Position numbers and translations under genes: made by a program. From positions 4,480,001 through 4,544,000 of the forward strand of contig OZ220089.1 of the NCBI GenBank assembly GCA_964291625.2: a stretch of 64,000 bases of DNA, read 5' to 3'. Source of the stretch: Candidatus Latescibacterota bacterium (lineage in GTDB: Bacteria; Latescibacterota; UBA2968; UBA8231). The notes under the pieces were generated by a model that saw nothing but the letters and a program-made list of their open reading frames with translations, did no database searches and had not been told where the DNA came from. Below are positions 50,246-59,526 of this stretch, piece by piece; the stretch's first letter is position 1, and each line of letters opens with the position of its first letter.

Positions 50246-51160
50246 CTAGGGCAGGCGGAGCCTCGCCAGGTAGATGCAGGCCTTGCCCTCGTGGGAGGAG
50301 TAGTAGCTCATCCACAGCAGCCCCTCGTGCCAGACCATGCCCGGGTAGGAGCAGTCGCCGCCGCTCGGCAGCCGCATGACGGGCTCGTAGGCCGCCGTCG
50401 TCATCCGCGCCAGGACGGTGGCGGCGCCGCCGTCGAGGTGGCGGCCCCGGGCGCAGGCCCACATTTCGCCGCCGGGCCGCACCAGGAAGTTCGGGCCCCC
50501 CAGGCGCTCCTCCAGCTCGGTCCACTCGAACTCCCGGTAGGGCGGCGGGCTGACGCCGATCCAGTTGGGCCGGACGAGGGCGACCATGCGCTCGTCGTCC
50601 AGGATCCGCAGCGTCGTCTCGCTCGCCGTCCAGGTCTCCCGGGGCAGGAGGAACTCGGTGAGCCACTCCCACTCCAGGCCGTCCCGCGTGCGATAGAGGA
50701 ACCCCCGGCGGGGGTGGTCGCCCTCGCCCAGCTTGGAGACGCCGTAGCCGACCTCCCCGTGCCAGGTGACCCGCCACAGCCAGTGGTCCTCGGCCAGGAA
50801 GCGGGCCGGCGCCGTCCAGCTCTCCCCGTCGTCGGAGAAACACACCCTCGGCGAGCGCGTCCGGTAGTCGTTGCCCTCGTCGTAGACGCAGGCGCAGGTG
50901 AGGAGCATCATGCGGCCGCCGGGGGTCACCGACAGCTTCGGGTCCCGCAGGTCGACGCCGGCCTCGGCGACCTCGGCAACGCGGGTCCAGCCGGCGCCGT
51001 CCTCGGAGGAGAGGACCCGCAGGGTACCCAGGCTGGGACCGTGATCGTCGGCCTCGCGGAAGGTGCACCACCAGCGGTCGCGGTGGCGCAGCAGGTCGGT
51101 GAAGGCGCTGTGGGGGGCCTCGTCCCAGACCCGGGTGAGAGAGAGCAGCTCCGGCCTCAT
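50246..51160 (-). CDS. Sialidase-like/BNR beta-propeller protein
   Basis: 'APHSAFTDL','DLRDPKL','SDDGESW','WLWRVTW','LPSGGDCSYPG','SYYSSHEG'. Confidence 0.75.
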   Translation of the reverse strand: MRPELLSLTRVWDEAPHSAFTDLLRHRDRWWCTFREADDHGPSLGTLRVLSSEDGAGWTRVAEVAEAGVDLRDPKLSVTPGGRMMLLTCACVYDEGNDYRTRSPRVCFSDDGESWTAPARFLAEDHWLWRVTWHGEVGYGVSKLGEGDHPRRGFLYRTRDGLEWEWLTEFLLPRETWTASETTLRILDDERMVALVRPNWIGVSPPPYREFEWTELEERLGGPNFLVRPGGEMWACARGRHLDGGAATVLARMTTAAYEPVMRLPSGGDCSYPGMVWHEGLLWMSYYSSHEGKACIYLARLRLP

Positions 51161-51167
51161 GGCATCC

Positions 51168-52751
51168 TCACTTGAGCAGGGTCACCCGTCCCGCTGCGAT
51201 GAACCTCTCGCCGCAGACGAGGCGGTACACGTAGGTGCCGCTGGCCGCCGGGCGCCCCGTGCCGTCGCGGCCGTCCCAGGCGACGGCGTAAGCGCCTCCG
51301 CTCACCATCTCGTCGAAGAGGCGGCTCACCCGCCGGCCCGTCAGGTCGTGGACGTCCAGCCGCGCCGCCTGGCGCACCCCCTCCGGCACGGTGAAGCGGA
51401 TCGTCGTAGAGGGGTTGAAGGGGTTGGGAAAGGCCCGGTCCAGGGAGAAGCCCTCGGGCCGGGAGACGGAGAGCTCGCTGACGGCGGTGAGGTCGGGGCC
51501 GGTGTAGCGGATCACGTAGATCGCCCCGGAGTTGCGGTCCTCGTAACCGAGCCCGCCGCGGTTGGAGATGTCGGAGACGTAGAGCCGGTCGCCCGAGGAG
51601 AGCAGCCCGTCCAGGTGGCCCACGGCGGGCTCCTCGTTGCTGATGAAGTGGAAGTACTCCCGCGTCTCCAGGTCGACGTAGACCAGGGGGTTCTCCTCGT
51701 TGGCGCGGCCCCCCCGGAAGAACTGGCCGTGGAAGCCGACGAAGAGGCCGTTGTTGAGTCCGGGCGGGAACCCGGGCGGGGCGAAGGCGATCTCGTTGGG
51801 GCCCTCGGCCTCGGAGCCGGTGGCCGGGTCGGGCAGGGGCAGGAAGGCGACCAGGGGCGGGATGGCGCCGCCGCCGACGAACTCGCCGGTGCGGTAGGCG
51901 ATGTAGTGGTCGGGGAAGCCGAAGTCCTCGATCTCGCCGCCGATCTGGTCGTTGGGAATCATGTTGATCTCGTCGGCGCTGTGGGCCTCGATGGCGTTCT
52001 GCAGCCCGTCGATGCCGTTGTCCTCGAAGTAGAGGTCTCCCGTCTCGGGATGGAAGGCGAGCCCCGAGGCCGAGCGCAGGCCGGTGGCGATCTGGATCAC
52101 CTCGGCGTCGCTGATCGTCTCGCCGTCGAAGCGGAAGGTGAGGCGGTGGATGGCGTCGCAACCCAGGTCGGCGGAGAGGCCGAAGTCGCTGACGAGGGGG
52201 CGGGTCTGGGTGGTCCTGGCGAAGTTGACCGCCGAGCCGAGGGGGAAGAACAGCTCGTATCTCTCCCCGACCTGCCGCGCCGCCAGGGCCGAGTTCGGGT
52301 GCAGGAGCGAGGCGTCGTTGAGGTCGATGCGGCCCACCTGGGTGATCTCGTAGTCGGGCGCCGGGCCCATGCGCAGGATGAGGATCGGCTGCCCCTGGCC
52401 GGTGACGAAGAGCAGGTCGCCGGCCCGGTCGAGGGCCGTGGGACCGCCCACGGCCAGCTCCTCCTCGAGCCGGATCCAGCGGTCGGCGATGGCGTCGCCG
52501 TCGTCGTCGACGAGGCGCAGGAGGCTCCCCGAGGCGCTGCCGAAGAGGGTGGGGCCGTTGGCCACGGCGGTGAGGATCGAGCCGTCGTCCAGCTCGGCCA
52601 TGCCCACGGGGAAGTTGAGGCCGCCGGCGTAGGTGGTGATGGTGAAGTCCTCCGGCTTCACCCGCGGGTCGCCGCCGATCTCGAACTGGGCGCCGGCGGG
52701 CCCCGCCAGAAAGACGGCGGCCGTCAGGAGGGAGAGGGAGAGAGGGTGCAT
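51168..52751 (-). CDS. Secreted glucose/sorbosone-dehydrogenase-like beta-propeller with FlgD-Ig C-terminal domain
   Basis: Signal peptide; 'GLNFPVGM','ATGLR...GLAFHP.TGDLY','DEIN','FGFP'; C-term 'FPNPFNP.T.I..WDGRD..G..ASGTY.YRL'. Confidence 0.75.
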   Translation of the reverse strand: MHPLSLSLLTAAVFLAGPAGAQFEIGGDPRVKPEDFTITTYAGGLNFPVGMAELDDGSILTAVANGPTLFGSASGSLLRLVDDDGDAIADRWIRLEEELAVGGPTALDRAGDLLFVTGQGQPILILRMGPAPDYEITQVGRIDLNDASLLHPNSALAARQVGERYELFFPLGSAVNFARTTQTRPLVSDFGLSADLGCDAIHRLTFRFDGETISDAEVIQIATGLRSASGLAFHPETGDLYFEDNGIDGLQNAIEAHSADEINMIPNDQIGGEIEDFGFPDHYIAYRTGEFVGGGAIPPLVAFLPLPDPATGSEAEGPNEIAFAPPGFPPGLNNGLFVGFHGQFFRGGRANEENPLVYVDLETREYFHFISNEEPAVGHLDGLLSSGDRLYVSDISNRGGLGYEDRNSGAIYVIRYTGPDLTAVSELSVSRPEGFSLDRAFPNPFNPSTTIRFTVPEGVRQAARLDVHDLTGRRVSRLFDEMVSGGAYAVAWDGRDGTGRPAASGTYVYRLVCGERFIAAGRVTLLK

Positions 52752-52795
52752 CGGCTTCCTTTCGCGGGGGCGCGGCCATCCGCTGCGGGCGCCCG

Positions 52796-54238
52796 TCATC
52801 GAAGCAGGGTCAGCTTGAAGGTGCGTGATTCGGCCGTCGTCCGCACGCGCGCCAGGTAGACGCCGCTGGCCGCCGGCGCGCCCCTGTCGTCGCGGCCGTC
52901 CCAGCGGGCCTGGTGCTCTCCCGCGGCGAGCCGGGAGGAGACCAGGGTGCGGACCCGCCGGCCGGCGGCATCGTGGACGGCGAGGTCGACCGGACCTCCC
53001 CGCGGCAGCGACCAGGTGATCGTGGTGGAGGCGTTGAAGGGGTTGGGATAGCCCCTGAGCAGGGTCGGGGCGTCGGGGGAGGGCGGGGGGCCGGAGACGG
53101 CCGTCGGCTCGCCGAGAGCGTCGATCCAGCGCGAGACGATCCGCACCCCTTCCTCGTCGACGAGCCCCGAGGCCAGGGGCGGCATGCGCCGGTCGTCGAG
53201 GGCCAGCATGCGCAGGACGAGGACGGAGCCGGCCCCGTCGCCGGGCCGGAGGATGCGCCGGTCGAAGCCGTCCACGCCGAGGTTCGGGGGCGCGTTGACG
53301 ATGCCGGCGGCCTCGAGCGCCGTCTCGTAGCGCAGGTCGATCTCGGTGCGCCGCAGGCCCCCCGGCCGGTGGCAGTTGGCGCAGTTGGCGGCCAGGTAGG
53401 ACCGCGCCCGCCCGGACAGCGAGGCCGAGTCGTCGGCGGGGTCCTCCCACCGCGGGAACTCGTCGAAGCCGCCGCCGATGTCCTCGGTGAACAGGCCGAG
53501 GCGGTTCCAGGTCTCCAGCTGGTGGGCGGAGACGCCTCCGTAGTCGTGGAAGCCGTTGAGCTGGGCCGTGCGCACGCCGAGCACCTGTCCCACCTGCGCG
53601 GTGTGGCAGCGGCCGCAGTCCTCGGTGGCGGGGAAGACGTAGTCCACGTGGGCGCGGCCACCGGGGGCGGCGGGATCGACGATCTCGTAGCGTGACGTGC
53701 CTCCCGGGATCAGCAGCTCGGCGTCGGTGCCGACCTCGTTCCAGCGGTAGCTGAAGCCCTCCCAGCGCTCGCTGTCGCCGGCCTTGATCAGCAGCCGCGT
53801 CTCCACGATCCGCCGCGACGAGGGGTCGCCCCGCACCATGTCGAGGTAGAAGCTCTTCACCAGGACCGTGTTGGGCGGGAACCGCCAGGGGCCGCCGCGG
53901 GAGAACTCGATCTGCGACAGGCCGGGAAGGGCGAGGTAGCGGACCTTGTGGGCCCCGTCCGACCACAGGGGCGAGTTGACCGAGAACGGGACCAGTCCCG
54001 GCGACGGGGTCCGGGACGGAATGTCGCTGTAGAGGCCCGTGGCGGAGATGGTGGAGGGGGGCGGCCCGGCGGCCAGGTCGACGAGGAGGCTGGTGTTGGC
54101 GGCGCGCTCCTCGTGGCCGGCCTGGGCCCGGGCCTCGGCGGTCGTCACCAGCGCCGCCGCCGTCCAGAGCAGGAGGGCCGGCGCCGACCGGGCCCGGGCG
54201 CCGCCGGCGGGTCTCCCCGCCGGCCGGCGAGTGCGTAT
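52796..54238 (-). CDS. SO2930-like diheme c-type cytochrome with FlgD-Ig C-terminal domain (start uncertain)
   Basis: 'NSPLWSDGA.K.R','FP..TVLVKSF','ETRLL', CGRCH and CANCH heme motifs, 'RMPPL'; 'YPNPFN..WDGRD..ASGVY'. Confidence 0.78.
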   Translation of the reverse strand: MRTRRPAGRPAGGARARSAPALLLWTAAALVTTAEARAQAGHEERAANTSLLVDLAAGPPPSTISATGLYSDIPSRTPSPGLVPFSVNSPLWSDGAHKVRYLALPGLSQIEFSRGGPWRFPPNTVLVKSFYLDMVRGDPSSRRIVETRLLIKAGDSERWEGFSYRWNEVGTDAELLIPGGTSRYEIVDPAAPGGRAHVDYVFPATEDCGRCHTAQVGQVLGVRTAQLNGFHDYGGVSAHQLETWNRLGLFTEDIGGGFDEFPRWEDPADDSASLSGRARSYLAANCANCHRPGGLRRTEIDLRYETALEAAGIVNAPPNLGVDGFDRRILRPGDGAGSVLVLRMLALDDRRMPPLASGLVDEEGVRIVSRWIDALGEPTAVSGPPPSPDAPTLLRGYPNPFNASTTITWSLPRGGPVDLAVHDAAGRRVRTLVSSRLAAGEHQARWDGRDDRGAPAASGVYLARVRTTAESRTFKLTLLR

Positions 54239-54303
54239 CTTCTCCGACCGGTGACGACGATGGCGGACACGACCGGCAGGCGGGTGCTTCGGGAGGGAAG
54301 GCG

Positions 54304-54846
54304 GTGAGCGTCGAGGCGTCGGACCGTTCGCGCACCGACGGCAAGGGGCGCACCCGCTGGGAGCTGAACGAGCGGATCGGCGAGCGGCTCTCACGCCTGG
54401 CCGACTACCTCGTCATCGGCGGCTACGAGGAGTCGCACGCCACGGTCTACAAGCGCCTGTCGTACACCGTCAGCCGCTGGCCCGAGTCGCTGGAGAGACT
54501 GAGGCACGAGGGTCGGCTGAAGGAGCTGCCGAGCGTGGGCCCCACGATCCAGGCGCTCCTAACCGAGCTGGTCGACACCGGGACCTGCGCCAAGTGGGAG
54601 GACTGGAAGCGGCGGGTGCCCGAGTCGGTCCTTGAGTTGCGCGACATCCCCGGTCTCGGCGCGAAGATGGTCCGCACCCTCTTCCTGGAGTTGGGCATCG
54701 ACGGGCTCGAGGCCCTGGAACGGCGGCTGGAGGCGGGCGGACTGGACGGGGTGAGGGGGTTGGGAGGCAAGCGTCTGACGAGCATCCGCCGGCACCTGGA
54801 GGCGCGTCGGCGGGGCGAGGTCCGGCATGCGCACGGCGCCGGGTGA
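54304..54846 (+). CDS. Stand-alone PolX N-terminal helix-hairpin-helix protein (no polymerase or PHP domain)
   Basis: 'N..I...L..LAD.L...G....Y','LPSVGP','ELVDTG','L..IPGLGAK....L..ELGI','VRGLG.K'; stops at 180 aa. Confidence 0.75.
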   Translation: MSVEASDRSRTDGKGRTRWELNERIGERLSRLADYLVIGGYEESHATVYKRLSYTVSRWPESLERLRHEGRLKELPSVGPTIQALLTELVDTGTCAKWEDWKRRVPESVLELRDIPGLGAKMVRTLFLELGIDGLEALERRLEAGGLDGVRGLGGKRLTSIRRHLEARRRGEVRHAHGAG

Positions 54847-54851
54847 CGCCG

Positions 54852-54983
54852 TCAGGTGCGGTTGCGCAGGATGTAGTAGATGACGCCGGCGATGGCGAAC
54901 AGGTAGAGGGCGTTGAATTCGAAGAAGTAGATGGCGGCGACCGCTCCGATGGCGGCCATGATCCGCTGTTCGCGAGGGTTCAA
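54852..54983 (-). CDS. 43-aa membrane microprotein (absent from the ORF track)
   Basis: RBS AAGGAGGT followed by TTG; MNPREQRIMAAIGAVAAIYFFEFNALYLFAIAGVIYYILRNRT*; genome-typical C/G-ending codons. Confidence 0.7.
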   Translation of the reverse strand: MNPREQRIMAAIGAVAAIYFFEFNALYLFAIAGVIYYILRNRT

Positions 54984-55068
54984 CGGCACCTCCTTCGAGC
55001 GAGAAGGCGAAGGTGAAAGAGGATGGAGCTAAGTATCCGACCCCGCCGGACCGGCGGCAAATGAGAGG

Positions 55069-55605
55069 GTGGCGGTGAGCGACCACGGCCGGCCGGAGCG
55101 CGGCGACTACTACATGGGCATCGCCATGGCCGTGAGGGCCCGCGCCGACTGCCTCGGCAACCGCATCGGGGCCGTCCTGGTGCTGCAGGACCGCATCATC
55201 TCCACCGGGTACAACGGTACCCCCGCCAACATGACCAACTGCACCGAGGGAGGCTGCGTCCGCTGCGCCGACCGCGAGCGCTTCGTCTCGGGCCGGGCCT
55301 ACGACATCTGCATCTGCGTCCACGCCGAGCAGAACGCCCTGCTCGCGGCGGCGCGCTTCGGCATCGCCACCGAGGGCGCCGTCCTCTACTCGACGATGCG
55401 CCCCTGCTTCGGGTGCACCAAGGAGCTGCTCCAGGCGCGCATCTCCTCCGTTCACTACCTGCACGACTGGGTCTATCCCGACGACGAGATGCAGGAAAGC
55501 TACCTCGACCTGCAGTCCTGGTTCCCCGACGGCGTGCACCGGGTGGAGATGGCCGACCCCGACGCGGTCTGGGCCGTCTCCCGCCGGCGGGAGGCCTCGG
55601 GGTGA
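55069..55605 (+). CDS. dCMP deaminase (ComEB-like)
   Basis: 'RADC...IGAVLV...IISTGYNGTP','HAEQNA','PC..C'. Confidence 0.9.
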   Translation: MAVSDHGRPERGDYYMGIAMAVRARADCLGNRIGAVLVLQDRIISTGYNGTPANMTNCTEGGCVRCADRERFVSGRAYDICICVHAEQNALLAAARFGIATEGAVLYSTMRPCFGCTKELLQARISSVHYLHDWVYPDDEMQESYLDLQSWFPDGVHRVEMADPDAVWAVSRRREASG

Positions 55606-57125
55606 ACCGGCTCGCCCTCCCCCTCCTCCTGGCCCTGGTGCCAGCGGCCCCGGCGGCGGCCGTGGAAGTGCCGCTGCCGTCGCGTCCCGTCACCCTCGAC
55701 GGCGACCTGCGAGAGTGGGGGGAGGCCGCCTGGATCCCGGTCGAGCCCGCCGCCGACGGGGTCGGGCTGCGGGGTGTCTTCGCCGACGCTCTCGACCACG
55801 AGGCGGTGGTCCTCGTGCAGTGGGACGCCCGCCACCTCTACGTGGCCGCGGCGGTCCACGACGACACCCTCGACGCCGGCCGGGTCCCGCCCGCCGAGCG
55901 CGAGTGGCACGGGCCCGCCGGCGAGCGTAAGGACCGCATGTTCTACTACGACCACATGAAGCTCTTCGTCCGCGAGCCCGGGGCCGACGCCGGCTACAAC
56001 CTGTGGCTCGCCCCTCCCGGCGGCGGCGAGGACGGCTCCCGCCCGTACTGGTGGGGCGGCCGCCAGCGCCGGGCGCCGGCGGAACGCCCGCCGGTGGAGG
56101 TGGCCTCCCGGGTGCGGGGCCGGGCGCGCAGCTTCGAGATGGCCATCCCCTGGACCTGGCTCGGCGCCTGGCCCCAGCCCGGCGACGAGTTCGACGCCCT
56201 CTTCCTCTTCGTCGACGCCGACCAGCCGGGACGGCCGGTGGGCGGCAAGATCGGCAGCGGCCGGGACCGCTGGATCTGGTGGCAGGGGAAGCTGGTGCTG
56301 CGCGGGAGTCCGGAGGGGCTGCGCCCGCGGCCGACCCCCGAGGACAAGGTCATGGAGAGACCGGTGGCGGTCGCCGCCGAAGAAGCCCTCGACCCGCGGG
56401 TGCGGCAGGCGATCGAGCGCTCGCGGCGGGTCGAAGCGGCGGCCGACACGGCGGCAGACGATCCGGCTCCCCGGGAGGCCTCCGCGCCGCCGGCCGCCCC
56501 CCGGACGACGGTGGCGGCCGCGGCGCCCGCCCCCGCGGCCGACGCGCCGTCGACGGGCGGCGGGACCGTCACGGCCGCCGGCGGCCAGGACGGCGGGCAG
56601 CTGTCGCTGCGGGCGCGCCTGAACCGCCAGCTCCTCGCCCGCCGGGCCGCCTCCCGGGCGCCGGACTGGATTCGCCGGCTGGAGCGCAGCCCCGGGCTCT
56701 CGGAGGCCCAGGTCGACTCCTACTACACCGTCCTGCGCCGGCACCTGCAGCGCATCGTCGTCGGCAAGCTCAGCGTCCGCGTCGACATCCTCGTCGTCGA
56801 CATGGCCGCCGCCGCCGGCGGCGGCCGCATCGAGGCGCGGCGGTTCCTGGTGGACCTGCTGAGGAACCTGGAAGGCCGGGAGGACGAGGAGGCCCTGGCC
56901 TGGTACGCCCGGGCCGCCGAGAGCCTCGATCTGCAGGCCGGAGCCGTGCGGGCCTTCGTGGAGGCCCTCGGCTCCCGCAGCCGCAGGATCTTCGAGGAGC
57001 GGCGGGCGTCGACCTCCGAAGAGCTGTTGCGCAAGGCCGCCGGCGAGGCCGACCTGTCCCCGCCCCAGGCGCGGCAGCTCCTGGGAGCCCTGGCGCGGAT
57101 CGAAGGCGGGATCGTCGGCTGGTGA
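55602..57125 (+). CDS. Secreted CBM9-like sugar-binding protein with Ala/Pro linker and helical C-domain
   Basis: Signal peptide; 'TLDGDL.EW','WD..HLYVAA.V.DD','FEMAIPW'. Confidence 0.65.
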   Translation: MNRLALPLLLALVPAAPAAAVEVPLPSRPVTLDGDLREWGEAAWIPVEPAADGVGLRGVFADALDHEAVVLVQWDARHLYVAAAVHDDTLDAGRVPPAEREWHGPAGERKDRMFYYDHMKLFVREPGADAGYNLWLAPPGGGEDGSRPYWWGGRQRRAPAERPPVEVASRVRGRARSFEMAIPWTWLGAWPQPGDEFDALFLFVDADQPGRPVGGKIGSGRDRWIWWQGKLVLRGSPEGLRPRPTPEDKVMERPVAVAAEEALDPRVRQAIERSRRVEAAADTAADDPAPREASAPPAAPRTTVAAAAPAPAADAPSTGGGTVTAAGGQDGGQLSLRARLNRQLLARRAASRAPDWIRRLERSPGLSEAQVDSYYTVLRRHLQRIVVGKLSVRVDILVVDMAAAAGGGRIEARRFLVDLLRNLEGREDEEALAWYARAAESLDLQAGAVRAFVEALGSRSRRIFEERRASTSEELLRKAAGEADLSPPQARQLLGALARIEGGIVGW

Positions 57126-57163
57126 GCGCCCGGGGCGGAGAAACCGCGCACTCGAGGAGAGGC

Positions 57164-58794
<1,631 letters not shown>

Positions 58795-58798
<4 letters not shown>

Positions 58799-59247
58799 TC
58801 GGAAGTCCCGCCGAAGGCCGGGTGGAGCAGATCCTCCTCTACCCCGAGCGCCGGGGGCCGGCCCGGGAGTGCGAGGAGGCGGTCGCCGTGGCCGGCGTGG
58901 GGCTGGCGGGGGATCACCGCCGCAACCCGTCCCGCGCCGTCACCCTGCTCTCCGTCGAGGCCTGGGAGGAGGCGATGGCGGCGGTGGGCGCCGACCTGCC
59001 GCCCCGGGCGAGGCGCGCCAACCTCGTGGTCCGCGGCCTCGACCTGGGTTCGCTCGTCGGCCGCAGGCTGCGCATCGGCGGGGCCGAGGTGGCCGTGCGG
59101 GGCGAGACGGTGCCCTGCGAGCGGATGGACCTGCAGCGCGCCGGCCTGCAGGAAGCGCTGAGGCCGGCCATGCGCGGCGGCGTCTTCGGCCCCGTGGAGC
59201 GCAGCGGACCCATCCGGCTCGGCGATGCGGTCTCCGTCGTGGAGTGA
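58795..59247 (+). CDS. MOSC domain protein
   Basis: 'GLAGD','RAVTL','RRANLVV.G','PC.RM','RGG.F..V...G.I..GD'. Confidence 0.85.
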
Positions 59248-59251
59248 GGGT

Positions 59252-59280
59252 TTGACATTCTCCGGCAAGGGCGGCATACT
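59252..59280 (+). promoter_or_regulatory. Sigma70-type promoter of the thrS leader
   Basis: TTGACA (59252-57), 17-bp spacer, CATACT (59275-80). Confidence 0.85.
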
Positions 59281-59317
59281 AGATCGCATCGCAGCCATGA
59301 CCGAAGGAGCCACCTGC

Positions 59318-59440
59318 ATGTCCCGGGAGAAGACGACGGCGGACGGAGCATCGCGCCGCGAGACCACCACCACCCCCGGGACGACCACGCCCGTCACGGG
59401 TACCCGTGACCGACATCCGACGGTGGACCCTCCGGGATAA
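59318..59440 (+). CDS. Threonine-rich leader peptide (40 aa, 12 Thr) of the thrS attenuator
   Basis: RBS AAGGAG (59304-09); MSREKTTADGASRRETTTTPGTTTPVTGTRDRHPTVDPPG*. Confidence 0.8.
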   Translation: MSREKTTADGASRRETTTTPGTTTPVTGTRDRHPTVDPPG

Positions 59441-59468
59441 GCGATTCCCGACCGAAGACTTCCGAGAG

Positions 59469-59506
59469 AGCCCGCTGTCGAATCCGACCGGCAGCGGGCT
59501 TTTCTC
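59469..59506 (+). terminator. Intrinsic terminator (attenuator) upstream of thrS
   Basis: Stem AGCCCGCTGTCG/CGGCAGCGGGCT, 8-nt loop, followed by TTTCTC. Confidence 0.82.
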
Positions 59507-59526
59507 ATGACCCACAGGAGCAGGGA

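Noticed and set aside
55069-55605. Anti-phage dCTP deaminase
   Set aside because: Short single-domain ComEB/dCMP-deaminase type without the N-terminal kinase-like domain, with host-like codon usage.
59281-59526. T-box riboswitch upstream of thrS
   Set aside because: No T-box consensus (AAT..AGGTGG.ACC.CG) or recognisable stem I; the leader-peptide attenuator explains the region better.
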